A stretch of 48,671 bases of DNA from an uncultured Aeromicrobium sp. GTDB taxonomy: Bacteria > Actinomycetota > Actinomycetes > Propionibacteriales > Nocardioidaceae. The notes under the pieces are model-generated. The model had not been told where the DNA came from. It worked only from the letters and a program-made list of their open reading frames with translations, and ran no database searches. The stretch lies in the NCBI GenBank assembly GCA_937873005.1, contig CALMUY010000208.1, positions 1-48,671 on the forward strand, in the 5' to 3' direction. The translations under genes were made by a program, and so were the position numbers. Position 1 is the stretch's first letter, and each line of letters begins with the position of its first letter. Below, in pieces: positions 30,959 to 41,760 of the stretch.

Positions 30959-31085
30959 AGTGACTCCCGCCTGTGAGGCATGTCAGTTCGCTTTCGAGTG
31001 GACGAACCGTGTAGACTTAGTGACAATGCGCTGAGGCCAATGTCGTCCTTGGTTAACACCACACGACATTTTCGAGGTTCCTCCT

Positions 31086-34000
31086 GTGTCTTATCTTCCT
31101 GACGCTCAAGGTCTATACAACCCAGAGTTCGAGCACGACGCCTGTGGCGTTGCTTTCGTCGCGGATCTTTCGGGCAAACCAAGCCGTAAGATCGTCGACC
31201 ACGCGCTCACGGCCCTTGCCAATCTTGACCATCGCGGTGCTGTCGGCGCTGAAGAAGAAACCGGCGATGGCGCCGGCATTCTCATCCAAGTTCCGCACGA
31301 ATTCCTCGCTGACTCAGTGCGATTTGAGTTGCCCAAGGTGGGCCACTATGCAGTCGGCATGGCGTTCTTGCCGCAACGTCAACAGCACGGTGCCAAGCAG
31401 TCCATTGAAGACATCGCCCACGAAGAAGGGCTTCGAGTTCTGGGCTGGCGCGAGGTGCCCGTACATCCGGAGATCCTAGGTTCTGGTTCTGCCGCGCATC
31501 GGCCGCAAATGGAACTCTTCTTCGTGACAACCGAAGACGAGCAGGCGGCTGGTCTCGAGCTCGACCGGCTCGTGTACGCGGTGCACAAGCGCGCTCGACA
31601 TGAAGCAGGGGTCCACTTCGCTTCCTTGTCGTCACGCACGCTCGTCTACAAAGGCATGCTCACAACCGAACAATTGCCGTTGTTCTTCGACGACCTGAAT
31701 AGTCCACTCATGGCGTCGGCCTTGGGTATTGTGCACAGCCGCTTTTCCACTAATACGTTCCCGAGTTGGCCGCTTGCGCATCCATTCCGTTACATCGCGC
31801 ACAACGGCGAAATCAACACCGCGCGTGGCAACCGGAACTGGATGCGTGCGCGTGAGTCGCTCCTGCAAAGTGACATCCTGCCGGGCGATATTTCACGACT
31901 CTTCCCGATCTGCGATCCCGACGGCAGCGATACCGCATCTCTCGACGAAGTGCTCGAACTGCTGCATCTGGGCGGTCGAAGCTTGCCACACGCTGTCAGT
32001 CTCGTGATCCCACCCGCATGGGAAAACGACAACACCCTGTCGGCCGAGCATCGAGCGTTCGCCGAGTTCAACTCAACTGTCATGGAACCGTGGGACGGCC
32101 CGGCAGCGGTCTGTTTTACCGACGGATCCATCATCGGAGCGACGCTCGATCGCAACGGTTTGCGTCCGGCGCGCTACTGGGTGACGAACGACGGACTCGT
32201 CGTACTGGCATCGGAAGTCGGCGTGCTCGATCTTGATCCGGCCACGATTGTTGAACGCGGACGCGTTGAGCCTGGCCGCATGTTCGTTGCCGACTTGGCC
32301 CAACATCGCATTATCGGTGACTCGGAACTCAAGGATCAATTGTCCGCTGAGCACCCGTACCAAGACTGGCTCGATGAAGGATTCATGCGGTTCTCCGACC
32401 TGCCTACCCCAGAACCACACGTGAGTAGTCACGCATCGGTTTTGCGTCGTCAACAAGTGTTTGGTTGGACGCAAGAAGAAGTTGATCGGATTGTCACGCC
32501 AATGGCAGCAACCGGAACCGAAGCGATTGGGTCGATGGGTACGGACACGCCGATCGCGGCACTTGGTTCAGGTCCACGCCCGATCTATGACTACTTTGTC
32601 CAGCACTTCGCCCAAGTGACGAACCCGCCGCTCGACGCGATTCGTGAGGAACTCGTGACCTCGCTGGGTGCGACTGTTGGTGCTGAATCGAACCTTTTGT
32701 CGCCCAGTCCCGAGTCGTGCCGTGTCTTGCAATTGCCCTTCCCAGTTATGGACAACGACGATTTTGCAAGGTTGCGGTTGGCGAATGCGCATGGCGAAAT
32801 GCCGCAACTCGCGACCTACATCATTTCGGGTCTCTATGAGCGCCGTTCCGGTGGCACAGGCTTAGAAGCGCGTATCGACGAGATCTGTTCGGAAGTTTCA
32901 CAGGCAGTGGCCGAAGGTGCACGCATCATCGTTCTCTCGGATCGTCACTCGAATAGTGAACTTGCGCCTATCCCATCGCTTCTGCTCACTGCAGCAGTCC
33001 ACCACCACATGGTTCGTGAGCGCCTGCGCGCGCAAGCATCCATCGTGGTCGAATCCGGTGACGCTCGCGAAGTGCATCACATTGCGCTTCTCGTCGGATT
33101 TGGTGCGACCGTGGTGAATCCGTATCTTGCGCTCGAAACCGCCGAAGACCTCGTGCACCGGGGCATCATCGATGAAGTCTCGCCGGGCAAAGCGAGTGCT
33201 AACTTGGTCAAGTCGCTCGGCAAGGGTGTACTCAAAGTCATGAGCAAGATGGGCGTATCGACGGTCTCCTCGTACACGGGTGCGCAGCTGTTTGAATGCC
33301 TTGGTTTGTCTGAAGAGCTCGTCGATCGTTGGTTCACCGGCACACGCACGCGGCTTGGTGGAATCGGTATCAACGACATTGCGAAAGCAAGCTCGTATTG
33401 GCACCGCACTGCGTATCCAGTCAGCGGCAACAGCGGCCCACGTGAACTGGAAGTCGGTGGCGAATACCAATGGCGTCGTCAAGGTTCAGAGCACTTGTTC
33501 GATCCGCATACGGTCTTCAGGCTGCAGCATTCGACCCGTACCGGCGACTATCAGTTGTTCGGTCAATACACGAGTCGTGTTAATGATCAAAGCCGCAGGC
33601 TGATGACTCTTCGAGGACTGCTGGAGTTCGCGGACGCGCGACCGATAAGTATTGACGAAGTCGAACCGATCTCCGAGATCGTCAAACGATTCTCGACGGG
33701 CGCAATGTCGTACGGTTCGATTAGCCAGGAAGCCCACGAGGTTCTCGCGATTGCGATGAACAAACTTGGTGCTCGCTCGAACACGGGCGAAGGCGGCGAA
33801 GACCCAGAACGCTTGCGGGATCCGGAACGTCGCTCTTCGATCAAGCAGGTTGCGTCTGGCCGATTTGGTGTGACGAGTGAATACCTCACCAATGCAGACG
33901 ACATCCAAATCAAGATGGCTCAAGGAGCCAAGCCGGGCGAAGGTGGGCAGCTTCCCGGTTCGAAGGTCTATCCTTGGATCGCGAAGACTCGTCACGCCAC

Positions 34001-35591
34001 CCCAGGCGTCGGCTTGATCTCACCCCCGCCGCACCACGACATCTATTCGATCGAGGATCTGAAGCAACTGATTCACGATCTCAAGAACGCGAACCCACAA
34101 GCACGTGTGCACGTAAAACTGGTCGCGCAAGAAGGAGTCGGAACAGTAGCTGCCGGCGTCGTCAAAGCGAAGGCTGACGTGGTGCTCATTTCGGGCCACG
34201 ACGGTGGTACCGGCGCGGCCCCACTCACCTCGCTCAAACACGCGGGTGGACCATGGGAACTTGGACTTGCCGAAACGCAACAGACACTGCTGCTCAACGG
34301 ACTGCGAGATCGTGTCGTAGTGCAATGTGACGGCCAGTTGAAGACTGGCCGGGACGTGATTGTCGCGGCTCTGCTAGGTGCTGAGGAGTTCGGTTTTGCC
34401 ACTGCTCCACTCGTGGTCAGTGGGTGCGTGATGATGCGCGTCTGCCACCTAGACACGTGTCCAGTCGGCGTCGCGACCCAAAACAAGGAGTTGCGGGCGC
34501 GATTTACTGGCAAGGCCGAGTACGTGGTTCGCTTCTTCGAGTACATTGCGCAGGAAGTTCGCGAATTGCTCGCGAGTTTGGGACTTCGCTCTATTGATGA
34601 GGCCATTGGCCGTGTTGATTTGCTCAACACACGCGACGTCCAGGCAGACGAGGCTGGCGGCAAACTTGACTTGTCGCCGATCCTTTACGTTCCGCATGGA
34701 ACGGGTGCAATCAAACATCGCCAGAACCAAGATCACGGTTTGGACGACGCCCTCGATCAACAGCTCATGGTCGCCGCTGCGCCCGCGTTGCTGCGTCGTG
34801 AGGTCGTCGCAGGTTCGTTCTCAATCAAGAACGTCAACCGGACCGTCGGCACGATGCTCGGCAATGCGGTAACAAAAGTTCACGGGCTCGATCCATTGCC
34901 GAACGACACGATCGACTTCACGTTGACCGGTGCGGCAGGCCAGTCCTTTGGCGCGTTCTTGCCTCAAGGCGTCAAGTTGACCCTTGTGGGTGAAGCGAAC
35001 GACCACGTCGGAAAGGGACTCTCAGGCGGAACCGTTGTCGTTCGACCACATGATGCGAGTGTGGCTGAAGCATCGACGCAGATTATCGCCGGAAACGTGA
35101 TTGGCTACGGTGCCACCTCTGGCCGGATTCATGTCAGGGGCCGCGTCGGCGAGCGCTTCTGCGTGCGCAACTCAGGTGCCTCGGCTGTAGTCGAAGGGAC
35201 CGGGGATCACGCACTCGAATACATGACCGGTGGCGTCGCTGTCATTCTCGGACCCATCGGTCGAAACGCAGCCGCAGGCATGAGCGGCGGTGCCGCGTTC
35301 ATGCTCGATGCTGCGAAAGAGCGAGTCAACCCGGACATGGTCGACTTGATTGCCGTGGGCGACAGGGAAGCTGAACTCTTGCACGGACTAGTGCAAGACC
35401 ACGCTGACCAGACTGGTTCGCTCATTGCCGCCGAACTCTTGGCTGATTGGCCTACTGCACTCACTCGTTTCACTCACGTTCGCCCCAAGGATTTGTGGGC
35501 AGTTGAACAAGCCCGACTCGACGGTCAAGCAAAGGGGCTAACCGACGAACAAATCACGGACCACATCATGGAGGTGGCGGCACATGGCTGA
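31086..35591 (+). CDS. gltB: Glutamate synthase large subunit
   Basis: EHDACGV Ntn start, [49 protein letters not shown] domain. Confidence 0.99.
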   Translation: MSYLPDAQGLYNPEFEHDACGVAFVADLSGKPSRKIVDHALTALANLDHRGAVGAEEETGDGAGILIQVPHEFLADSVRFELPKVGHYAVGMAFLPQRQQHGAKQSIEDIAHEEGLRVLGWREVPVHPEILGSGSAAHRPQMELFFVTTEDEQAAGLELDRLVYAVHKRARHEAGVHFASLSSRTLVYKGMLTTEQLPLFFDDLNSPLMASALGIVHSRFSTNTFPSWPLAHPFRYIAHNGEINTARGNRNWMRARESLLQSDILPGDISRLFPICDPDGSDTASLDEVLELLHLGGRSLPHAVSLVIPPAWENDNTLSAEHRAFAEFNSTVMEPWDGPAAVCFTDGSIIGATLDRNGLRPARYWVTNDGLVVLASEVGVLDLDPATIVERGRVEPGRMFVADLAQHRIIGDSELKDQLSAEHPYQDWLDEGFMRFSDLPTPEPHVSSHASVLRRQQVFGWTQEEVDRIVTPMAATGTEAIGSMGTDTPIAALGSGPRPIYDYFVQHFAQVTNPPLDAIREELVTSLGATVGAESNLLSPSPESCRVLQLPFPVMDNDDFARLRLANAHGEMPQLATYIISGLYERRSGGTGLEARIDEICSEVSQAVAEGARIIVLSDRHSNSELAPIPSLLLTAAVHHHMVRERLRAQASIVVESGDAREVHHIALLVGFGATVVNPYLALETAEDLVHRGIIDEVSPGKASANLVKSLGKGVLKVMSKMGVSTVSSYTGAQLFECLGLSEELVDRWFTGTRTRLGGIGINDIAKASSYWHRTAYPVSGNSGPRELEVGGEYQWRRQGSEHLFDPHTVFRLQHSTRTGDYQLFGQYTSRVNDQSRRLMTLRGLLEFADARPISIDEVEPISEIVKRFSTGAMSYGSISQEAHEVLAIAMNKLGARSNTGEGGEDPERLRDPERRSSIKQVASGRFGVTSEYLTNADDIQIKMAQGAKPGEGGQLPGSKVYPWIAKTRHATPGVGLISPPPHHDIYSIEDLKQLIHDLKNANPQARVHVKLVAQEGVGTVAAGVVKAKADVVLISGHDGGTGAAPLTSLKHAGGPWELGLAETQQTLLLNGLRDRVVVQCDGQLKTGRDVIVAALLGAEEFGFATAPLVVSGCVMMRVCHLDTCPVGVATQNKELRARFTGKAEYVVRFFEYIAQEVRELLASLGLRSIDEAIGRVDLLNTRDVQADEAGGKLDLSPILYVPHGTGAIKHRQNQDHGLDDALDQQLMVAAAPALLRREVVAGSFSIKNVNRTVGTMLGNAVTKVHGLDPLPNDTIDFTLTGAAGQSFGAFLPQGVKLTLVGEANDHVGKGLSGGTVVVRPHDASVAEASTQIIAGNVIGYGATSGRIHVRGRVGERFCVRNSGASAVVEGTGDHALEYMTGGVAVILGPIGRNAAAGMSGGAAFMLDAAKERVNPDMVDLIAVGDREAELLHGLVQDHADQTGSLIAAELLADWPTALTRFTHVRPKDLWAVEQARLDGQAKGLTDEQITDHIMEVAAHG

Positions 35592-37053
35592 TCCACGCGG
35601 ATTCCTCAAGACTCAACGCGAAGTTGCACAACGTCGCCCCGTTGCAGAACGTGTTCACGACTGGAACGAGGTGTATCCAGGTGGCATCGGGCGCGCACTG
35701 TTGCCAATCATCACTGAACAGGCCGGCCGTTGTATGGACTGCGGCATCCCGTTCTGTCATCAAGGATGCCCCTTGGGGAACTTGATTCCCGAATGGAACA
35801 ACCTTGTGCGGACAGGGGAGTGGTCAGACGCTGCAGACCGACTTCACGCTACGAACAACTTCCCGGAGTTCACCGGACGCTTGTGCCCGGCGCCGTGTGA
35901 GACCGCATGCGTCGTCGGTATTGGTTCTGACGCTGTCACGATCAAGAACGTCGAAGTTTCGATTGCTGAACGTGCCTGGCTCGACGGAAATGTCGAACCG
36001 CAGAAGCCCGAATGGTTCACAGGCAAGACGGTTGCGGTCGTTGGCTCAGGCCCTGCGGGACTCGCTGCTGCTCAGCAATTGACTAGAGCAGGTCACACGG
36101 TTGCCGTTTACGAACGTGACGAAGAGCCCGGCGGACTCATGCGGTTTGGTATTCCTGAGTTCAAAATGGAGAAGTCCATTCTGGATCGACGACTCGATCA
36201 AATGAAGGCCGAAGGCACCGTTTTCCGTACCGGTGTTTCGATTGGTCACGACGTTCTTGGAAAGGACCTCGTCGCGCGATATGACGCTGTCGTTATTGCA
36301 ACTGGATCCACGATTGCTCGCACGCTACCCGTGCCCGGCTCAGACGCAGTCGGCATCCATCAGGCGATGACGTACCTACCGCAAGCAAACAGGGCGTCTG
36401 TTGGGCGACCAGTTGATGGTGCGATCGATGCCGCCGGCAAGCACGTCATCATCATCGGTGGCGGTGACACTGGCGCCGACTGCCTTGGTACGGCGACTCG
36501 ACAAGGCGCAGCTTCGGTCACGAGTTTGGAGATCATGCCGCAACCAGGTGTCGATCGTCCAGCGAATCAGCCTTGGCCGATGTATCCGGTAATTCAGCGT
36601 ATCGCTTCGGCTCATGAGGAGGGCGGCGAAACGATCAACCAGGCTTCAACGCTCGAGTTCCTCAAGAACGAAGACGGAAGCGTTCGTGCCTTGAAGGTAG
36701 CTGATGTTTCCTTTGACGCTGGTGCGCCCGTTGCAGTTCCGGGCACCGAACGTGAACTCCCAGCCGATTTGGTGTTCTTGGCGATGGGCTTTGTTGGTCC
36801 TGAGCAAGAGGGCTTCCTCGACCAGATTGGTGTCGGTTTCGATGAGCGTGGAAACGTGGTTCGGTCCGACGATTGGGTCAGTGACGTTGATGGCGTGTTC
36901 GTGGCGGGCGACGCTGGACGCGGACAATCGCTCATTGTTTGGGCGATCGCTGAGGGACGCGCTGCAGCTGCCGCAGTGGATCGCTATCTCATGGGTGAAT
37001 CACGGTTGCCGTCTGTGGTGAAGCCCACCGACCGGCCGATTTCTCTGAGCTAA
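35584..37053 (+). CDS. gltD: Glutamate synthase small subunit
   Basis: [49 protein letters not shown]. Confidence 0.98.
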   Translation: MADPRGFLKTQREVAQRRPVAERVHDWNEVYPGGIGRALLPIITEQAGRCMDCGIPFCHQGCPLGNLIPEWNNLVRTGEWSDAADRLHATNNFPEFTGRLCPAPCETACVVGIGSDAVTIKNVEVSIAERAWLDGNVEPQKPEWFTGKTVAVVGSGPAGLAAAQQLTRAGHTVAVYERDEEPGGLMRFGIPEFKMEKSILDRRLDQMKAEGTVFRTGVSIGHDVLGKDLVARYDAVVIATGSTIARTLPVPGSDAVGIHQAMTYLPQANRASVGRPVDGAIDAAGKHVIIIGGGDTGADCLGTATRQGAASVTSLEIMPQPGVDRPANQPWPMYPVIQRIASAHEEGGETINQASTLEFLKNEDGSVRALKVADVSFDAGAPVAVPGTERELPADLVFLAMGFVGPEQEGFLDQIGVGFDERGNVVRSDDWVSDVDGVFVAGDAGRGQSLIVWAIAEGRAAAAAVDRYLMGESRLPSVVKPTDRPISLS

Positions 37054-37056
37054 TTC

Positions 37057-37093
37057 CAAAAGGGCATCCGGGCGTTGTCCGGGTGCCCTTTTG
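37057..37093 (+). terminator. Intrinsic terminator after gltD
   Basis: CAAAAGGGCATCCGGGC-GTT-GTCCGGGTGCCCTTTTG. Confidence 0.88.
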
Positions 37094-37119
37094 TATGCCT
37101 GAGGGACTAGGCTAGAGGC

Positions 37120-38574
37120 ATGCGTAGAGCGAAGATTGTATGTACCCTCGGTCCAGCAACAAGTAGCTACGAACGAATACTCGAACTGGTTCACGCAGGT
37201 ATGGACGTGGCGCGGATCAATCTCAGTCACGGCACACACGAGCAGGCCTCTGAAGCACTCGCGCACGTACGCCATGCGGCCCAAGAGACGGGTAGGGCAA
37301 TCGCGGTGCTCGCCGACCTCCAAGGCCCCAAAATCCGACTTGGGAACTTCGTGGAAGGGGAGCACATCCTTAAAGAGGGTGACCGCTTCACCATCACTGT
37401 CGAGGACGTTCTCGGTGATGCCCAGCGAGCCTCCACGACCTACAAGGGACTGGCGCAAGATGTTGCGGCAGGCGATCCACTGCTTATCGATGATGGCAAT
37501 GTGCGATTGCGTGCCATCGAAGTCAACCTGACAGATGTGATCACGCTGGTTGAGGTGGGTGGCCGCGTCAGTAATCACAAGGGCATCAACTTGCCGGGCG
37601 CACATGTTGCGGTTCCTGCCTTGAGTGAGAAAGACATTGACGATTTGCGCTGGGCGCTTCGCTCGGGCGTCGACTTTGTGGCACTTTCTTTTGTGCGTGA
37701 TCCGGACGACATCATTGGCGTCCATCGCGTCATGGATGAGGAGGGTATCCGCCTCCCCGTCATCGCCAAGATCGAGAAGCCGCAAGCGATTGAACACATT
37801 GACGAAATCATCGACGCGTTCGATGGCTTAATGGTTGCCCGTGGTGACTTGGGCGTCGAATTGCCGCTTGAGGATGTTCCGCTCGTGCAGAAGGCAATCA
37901 TCGAGAAGGCTCGCAAGAACGCTAAGCCGGTCATTGTGGCCACGCAAATGCTTGAGTCAATGATTTCGGCACCGCGACCCACCCGTGCTGAGGCTTCTGA
38001 TGTCGCCAATGCGGTATTGGACGGGGCTGACGCCGTCATGCTTTCTGGCGAAACGAGTGTCGGTCGCTATCCCGTTGATACGGTCAAGATAATGGCGCGA
38101 ATCGTGGAATCGACGGAAGATCACGGGCTGCCTCGGATGGCTGAATTTACTTGGCAACCGAAGACACATAAGGGAATCATTTGTCGAGCCGCTGCGGATG
38201 TGGCTGTGGCTGCTGAGGCGGAACTGTTGGTGGCGTTCACGACCACGGGCGATTCTGCGCGACGGATCGCTCGTTATCGCACTCATATCCCGGTAATTGC
38301 GATGTCGCCATACGAATCGGTTCGCAATCAACTCGCATTGACGTGGGGCGTTCAGACCTTCTTGGTCGAGGCCGTCAAACACACCGATGCGATGGTGGTG
38401 CAAGTCGACAAAGCGTTGACCGGAGCGGGAACGCTAGAAGAAGGCAGCAAGATTGTGATCGTTGCCGGTTCGCCTCCGGGTATCCCGGGTTCGACGAACG
38501 CATTGCGTTTGCATCGGCTCGGTGCCGCGATTTCTGCGATGGCGCCGGGCTATATCGAAGACCTAGACCACTAG
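37120..38574 (+). CDS. pyk: Pyruvate kinase
   Basis: RRAKIVCTLGPA, DLQGPKIR, IAKIEK, MVARGDLGVE, ATQMLESM, MLSGET. Confidence 0.99.
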   Translation: MRRAKIVCTLGPATSSYERILELVHAGMDVARINLSHGTHEQASEALAHVRHAAQETGRAIAVLADLQGPKIRLGNFVEGEHILKEGDRFTITVEDVLGDAQRASTTYKGLAQDVAAGDPLLIDDGNVRLRAIEVNLTDVITLVEVGGRVSNHKGINLPGAHVAVPALSEKDIDDLRWALRSGVDFVALSFVRDPDDIIGVHRVMDEEGIRLPVIAKIEKPQAIEHIDEIIDAFDGLMVARGDLGVELPLEDVPLVQKAIIEKARKNAKPVIVATQMLESMISAPRPTRAEASDVANAVLDGADAVMLSGETSVGRYPVDTVKIMARIVESTEDHGLPRMAEFTWQPKTHKGIICRAAADVAVAAEAELLVAFTTTGDSARRIARYRTHIPVIAMSPYESVRNQLALTWGVQTFLVEAVKHTDAMVVQVDKALTGAGTLEEGSKIVIVAGSPPGIPGSTNALRLHRLGAAISAMAPGYIEDLDH

Positions 38575-38595
38575 CTTTGGCCGAGTGGCGGTCGT

Positions 38596-38639
38596 AAATG
38601 CAAGAACCGGAGGGCGTAAAGCCTCCGGTTCTTGCATTT
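38596..38639. terminator. 18-bp perfect hairpin between convergent pyk and tRNA-Leu
   Basis: AAATGCAAGAACCGGAGG-N8-CCTCCGGTTCTTGCATTT. Confidence 0.85.
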
Positions 38640-38640
38640 C

Positions 38641-38726
38641 TGGTGCCGAGAGCGGGACTCGAACCCGCACGCCCCTTTAGACAAAGGTTTTTGAGACCAT
38701 CCCGGCTACCATTCCGCCACCTCGGC
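38641..38726 (-). tRNA. tRNA-Leu(CAA), with non-canonical D-arm and anticodon stem
   Basis: GCCGAGGTGGCGGAATGGTAGCCGGGATGGT-CTCAAAA-ACCTTTGTCTAAAGGGGCGTGCGGGTTCGAGTCCCGCTCTCGGCACCA; long variable arm, A73, encoded CCA. Confidence 0.92.
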
Positions 38727-38754
38727 AAAAGTGAGTGCCAGATAACCTTACGGG

Positions 38755-39363
38755 GTGACCAATTCAGTTGAACATGCACCCCTCGCTCCACGAGTCCTGA
38801 TCGCCGAAGACGAAGCGTTGATCCGAATGGATCTTGCCGAGATTCTTGCTGAGGAAGGATACGACGTCGTTGCGCAGGCTGCAGATGGTCAAGAAGCGAT
38901 CGATTTGGCTCGCGAGCATGAACCTGATTTGATCGTGATGGATATCAAGATGCCACGCGTTGATGGCATTGCCGCAGCGACAGTTATCGCTTCGGAACGT
39001 ATCGCCCCGATTGTGATGCTGACGGCGTTCAGCCAGCGCGAGTTGATTGAGCGCGCTAGAGATGCAGGTGCGATGGCCTATGTCGTCAAACCCTTTGGTC
39101 CGCACGATCTCGTACCTGCCATTGAATTAGCTCGGGCCAGGTTCGCTGAAATTCATGCGCTCGCGGCGGAAGTTGACGATGTGCGAGATCAATTGGCTAC
39201 GCGCAAGGTGGTTGAGCGTGCCAAGTCGCTGATTCAAGAACAACTGGGTTTGAGCGAAGCCGAGTCGTTCAAGTGGATTCAACGCACCGCAATGGATTTG
39301 CGCATCGGGATGCGTGAGGTCGCACAAACGATCGTTGAAAAAGGCTTTACTTCTGGTACCTAA
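38755..39363 (+). CDS. ANTAR-domain response regulator (PdtaR-like)
   Basis: Receiver (IAEDE, VMDIKMP, YVVKPF) plus ANTAR (RKVVERAK...LSEAESFKWIQRTAMD); no cognate kinase adjacent. Confidence 0.93.
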   Translation: MTNSVEHAPLAPRVLIAEDEALIRMDLAEILAEEGYDVVAQAADGQEAIDLAREHEPDLIVMDIKMPRVDGIAAATVIASERIAPIVMLTAFSQRELIERARDAGAMAYVVKPFGPHDLVPAIELARARFAEIHALAAEVDDVRDQLATRKVVERAKSLIQEQLGLSEAESFKWIQRTAMDLRIGMREVAQTIVEKGFTSGT

Positions 39364-39502
39364 GTATCTGCTTGGTTACAGTTTCGTTAAGAAGCCCGGA
39401 TTTTCCCAAATTGTGTCCCACATCACATGAATAACGCGGTAGGTTGGCGCAATAAAGTTCAGCTGCCCATGGTGGGCACTTGAGTGATGATACGGAGGAT
39501 TC

Positions 39503-40771
39503 ATGAAGCAATCCAAGACGGGTTTCCGGCTCGCGGCAGTTGCCTGCGCCGGCGCCTTGGTTCTCGCTGCCTGTGGCAGCGGTGAAAAGGAAGAGAATAA
39601 GGCAGATGACGTCGCCAAGGGCGACGGCGAGTTTGTCGTAGGTTCGTTGCTGCCTCAGACCGGTAGTTTGGCATTCCTCGGTCCTCCGGAAATAGCCGGC
39701 GTTAACCTCGCTGTGAAGGAAATCAATGACGCCGGTGGCGTTCTTGGTAAGCCTGTCCGCCACGTTGATGCAGACTCTGGTGACGCGAAGTCCGCGATCG
39801 CCCCTGCAGAGACCGACAAGTTGCTGAAGGCGAAGGCAGACGTCATTGTTGGTGCCGCCTCCTCCGGTGTGTCGTTGACGGTTATTGACAAGATTCTCGA
39901 AGCTGGAACTGTCATGATTTCGCCAGCCAACACGTCGACCGCCTTCGACGAAAAACCATATGACAAGCCCGACTTGTACTTCCGTACAGCTCCATCAGAC
40001 GTGCTTCAGGGTGCGGTCTTGGCGAACTTGTTGATCGAAGACGGACGCAAGAACGTAGCGATCATGGCACGTCAAGACTCGTACGGCCAGGTACTCGCTG
40101 AGCAAGTCGAAAAGGGTCTCGAAGAGGCCGGTTCGAAAGTTGCAGTAAAGACTCTGTACAGCGAAGAAGCCAAGAACTTCGATACTGAAATCAGCAAGGT
40201 AGCTGCGGCAAAGCCAGACGCACTTGTTCTCATCGCCTTCGATGAGACCCTCAAGATCGTACCGGCACTCGTTGCTGAAGGTATCGGCCCGAAGGATCTT
40301 CCTGCCTACTTTGTGGATGGCAACACCGCCAACTACAGCAAGGACGGCGGCACTCCGCTTCCTGAAGGAATGGTCGAAGGCGTCAAGGGCACAGTTCCAG
40401 GCGTGGCGGCCCCAGACGGCTTCCAGAAGCGTTTGTTGGAAGTTGATCCAAAGTTGAGCGACTTCACCTATGCAGCGGAAGCATACGATGCAACGATCCT
40501 GACGGCGTTGGCTGCTGTTGCCGCCAAGAACGAATCGGGTGAAGCAATCGCTCTCGAGCTCCCTGGCATCAGCCAGGACGGGACGAAGTGCACCGGTTTC
40601 AAGGAATGTGCTGACTTGCTCGAAAAGGGCGAAGATATCGATTACGACGGACTCTCTGGTCCCATCGCATTCAGCGATTTGGGTAGCCCCACAGAGGCCT
40701 CGATCGGTATCTACCTCTACGGCAAGGACAACACCAACAAGGCAGTGAAGTTCATCAGCGGCAAGATCTGA
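39503..40771 (+). CDS. Liv/HAAT-family ABC transporter substrate-binding lipoprotein
   Basis: Lipobox LAAC, LLPQTGSLAFLG, EINDAGGVLG, YFRTAPSD; GGAGG SD. Confidence 0.93.
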   Translation: MKQSKTGFRLAAVACAGALVLAACGSGEKEENKADDVAKGDGEFVVGSLLPQTGSLAFLGPPEIAGVNLAVKEINDAGGVLGKPVRHVDADSGDAKSAIAPAETDKLLKAKADVIVGAASSGVSLTVIDKILEAGTVMISPANTSTAFDEKPYDKPDLYFRTAPSDVLQGAVLANLLIEDGRKNVAIMARQDSYGQVLAEQVEKGLEEAGSKVAVKTLYSEEAKNFDTEISKVAAAKPDALVLIAFDETLKIVPALVAEGIGPKDLPAYFVDGNTANYSKDGGTPLPEGMVEGVKGTVPGVAAPDGFQKRLLEVDPKLSDFTYAAEAYDATILTALAAVAAKNESGEAIALELPGISQDGTKCTGFKECADLLEKGEDIDYDGLSGPIAFSDLGSPTEASIGIYLYGKDNTNKAVKFISGKI

Positions 40772-40791
40772 TCTAGGTCAGTTCATCCAGA

Positions 40792-40829
40792 GCGTGTGGC
40801 CCCGGTGCTTCCGGGGCCACACGTTTTTT
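40792..40829 (+). terminator. Intrinsic terminator after the binding-protein gene
   Basis: GCGTGTGGCCCCGG-TGCTT-CCGGGGCCACACGT followed by a T-tract. Confidence 0.92.
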
Positions 40830-40902
40830 ATTGGTTTCGACGGATACTGCGATACGTTGTTCGCGAGGGAAGCGCCGACTGGACAATCAGTTAGTCAGGC
40901 GA

Positions 40903-40946
40903 CAAAGCAAACCGGTACGCGGCCCTGAAAGCAACGCGCACCGGTT
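40903..40946 (-). terminator. Probable terminator of the liv permease/ATPase operon
   Basis: Minus strand AACCGGTGCGCG...CGCGTACCGGTT followed by TGCTTTG. Confidence 0.55.
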
Positions 40947-40965
40947 AGATCGAAGGTTGAAGCTT

Positions 40966-41760
40966 TTACTCCCCAGTTTCTTGGCCGAGCGTACCGAGAT
41001 ACAACTCGATCACCTTGGGGTCGTTAGCCAAAGCCCGACCGGTGCCGCTATATGCGGTTGTGCCTTGGTCCAAGACATAAGCGCGGTCGGCGATCTGAAG
41101 GCAGCGTCGAGCATTTTGCTCGACCATGATGATCGAGACTCCTGCTCGATTGATCTTGCGGGTTTGGACGAACACTTCATCCTGCATGACGGGGGAGAGG
41201 CCGGCAGATGGCTCATCGAGGAGCAAGACGGCCGGATCCATCATGAGTGCTCGACCCATGGCCACCATTTGGCGTTCGCCACCAGAGAGGTTCCCGGCGC
41301 GTTGTTTGCGCCGAGTTGCAAGTGTCGGGAACAAATCAGTCACGAAGTCGAAACGTTCCTTGAACATTTTGGGGGCTTGATAGCAGCCCATCTCCAGATT
41401 CTCTTCGATGGTGAGGCTAGGAAAGACGTTCTCAGTTTGAGGCACAAAACCAATACCCTTGGAGACAAGAACATCGGCACGTTGGTTGGTGATTTCCTCG
41501 TCCTTTAGCAGCACAGTTCCGCTGTGGATTTTGACGAGTCCGAAAAGTGCTTTGAGCAATGTCGATTTTCCGGCACCATTGGGGCCGATAATCCCGACGA
41601 GTTCGCCTTGTTGGCAATAGAGATCTGCACCGTTCAAGATATTGACGCCCGGCAGGTAGCCGGCAACGAGGTTATCTGCTCGAACGACGGCGCCTAGCGC
41701 ATTCGCTTGATGCTTTTCGCGCTCGGTTTCGGGAGTGCTGGGAGCACTTGCTTCAGTCAT
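40966..41760 (-). CDS. livF: Branched-chain amino acid-type ABC transporter ATPase (LivF-like)
   Basis: GPNGAGKST, LSGGERQM, LLDEPSAGL, VEQN; GGAG SD before ATG 41760. Confidence 0.92.
   Translation of the reverse strand: MTEASAPSTPETEREKHQANALGAVVRADNLVAGYLPGVNILNGADLYCQQGELVGIIGPNGAGKSTLLKALFGLVKIHSGTVLLKDEEITNQRADVLVSKGIGFVPQTENVFPSLTIEENLEMGCYQAPKMFKERFDFVTDLFPTLATRRKQRAGNLSGGERQMVAMGRALMMDPAVLLLDEPSAGLSPVMQDEVFVQTRKINRAGVSIIMVEQNARRCLQIADRAYVLDQGTTAYSGTGRALANDPKVIELYLGTLGQETGE

Noticed and set aside
30981-31002. TGTCAGTT as a second PafBC-type promoter
   Set aside because: No TANNNT at the required spacing
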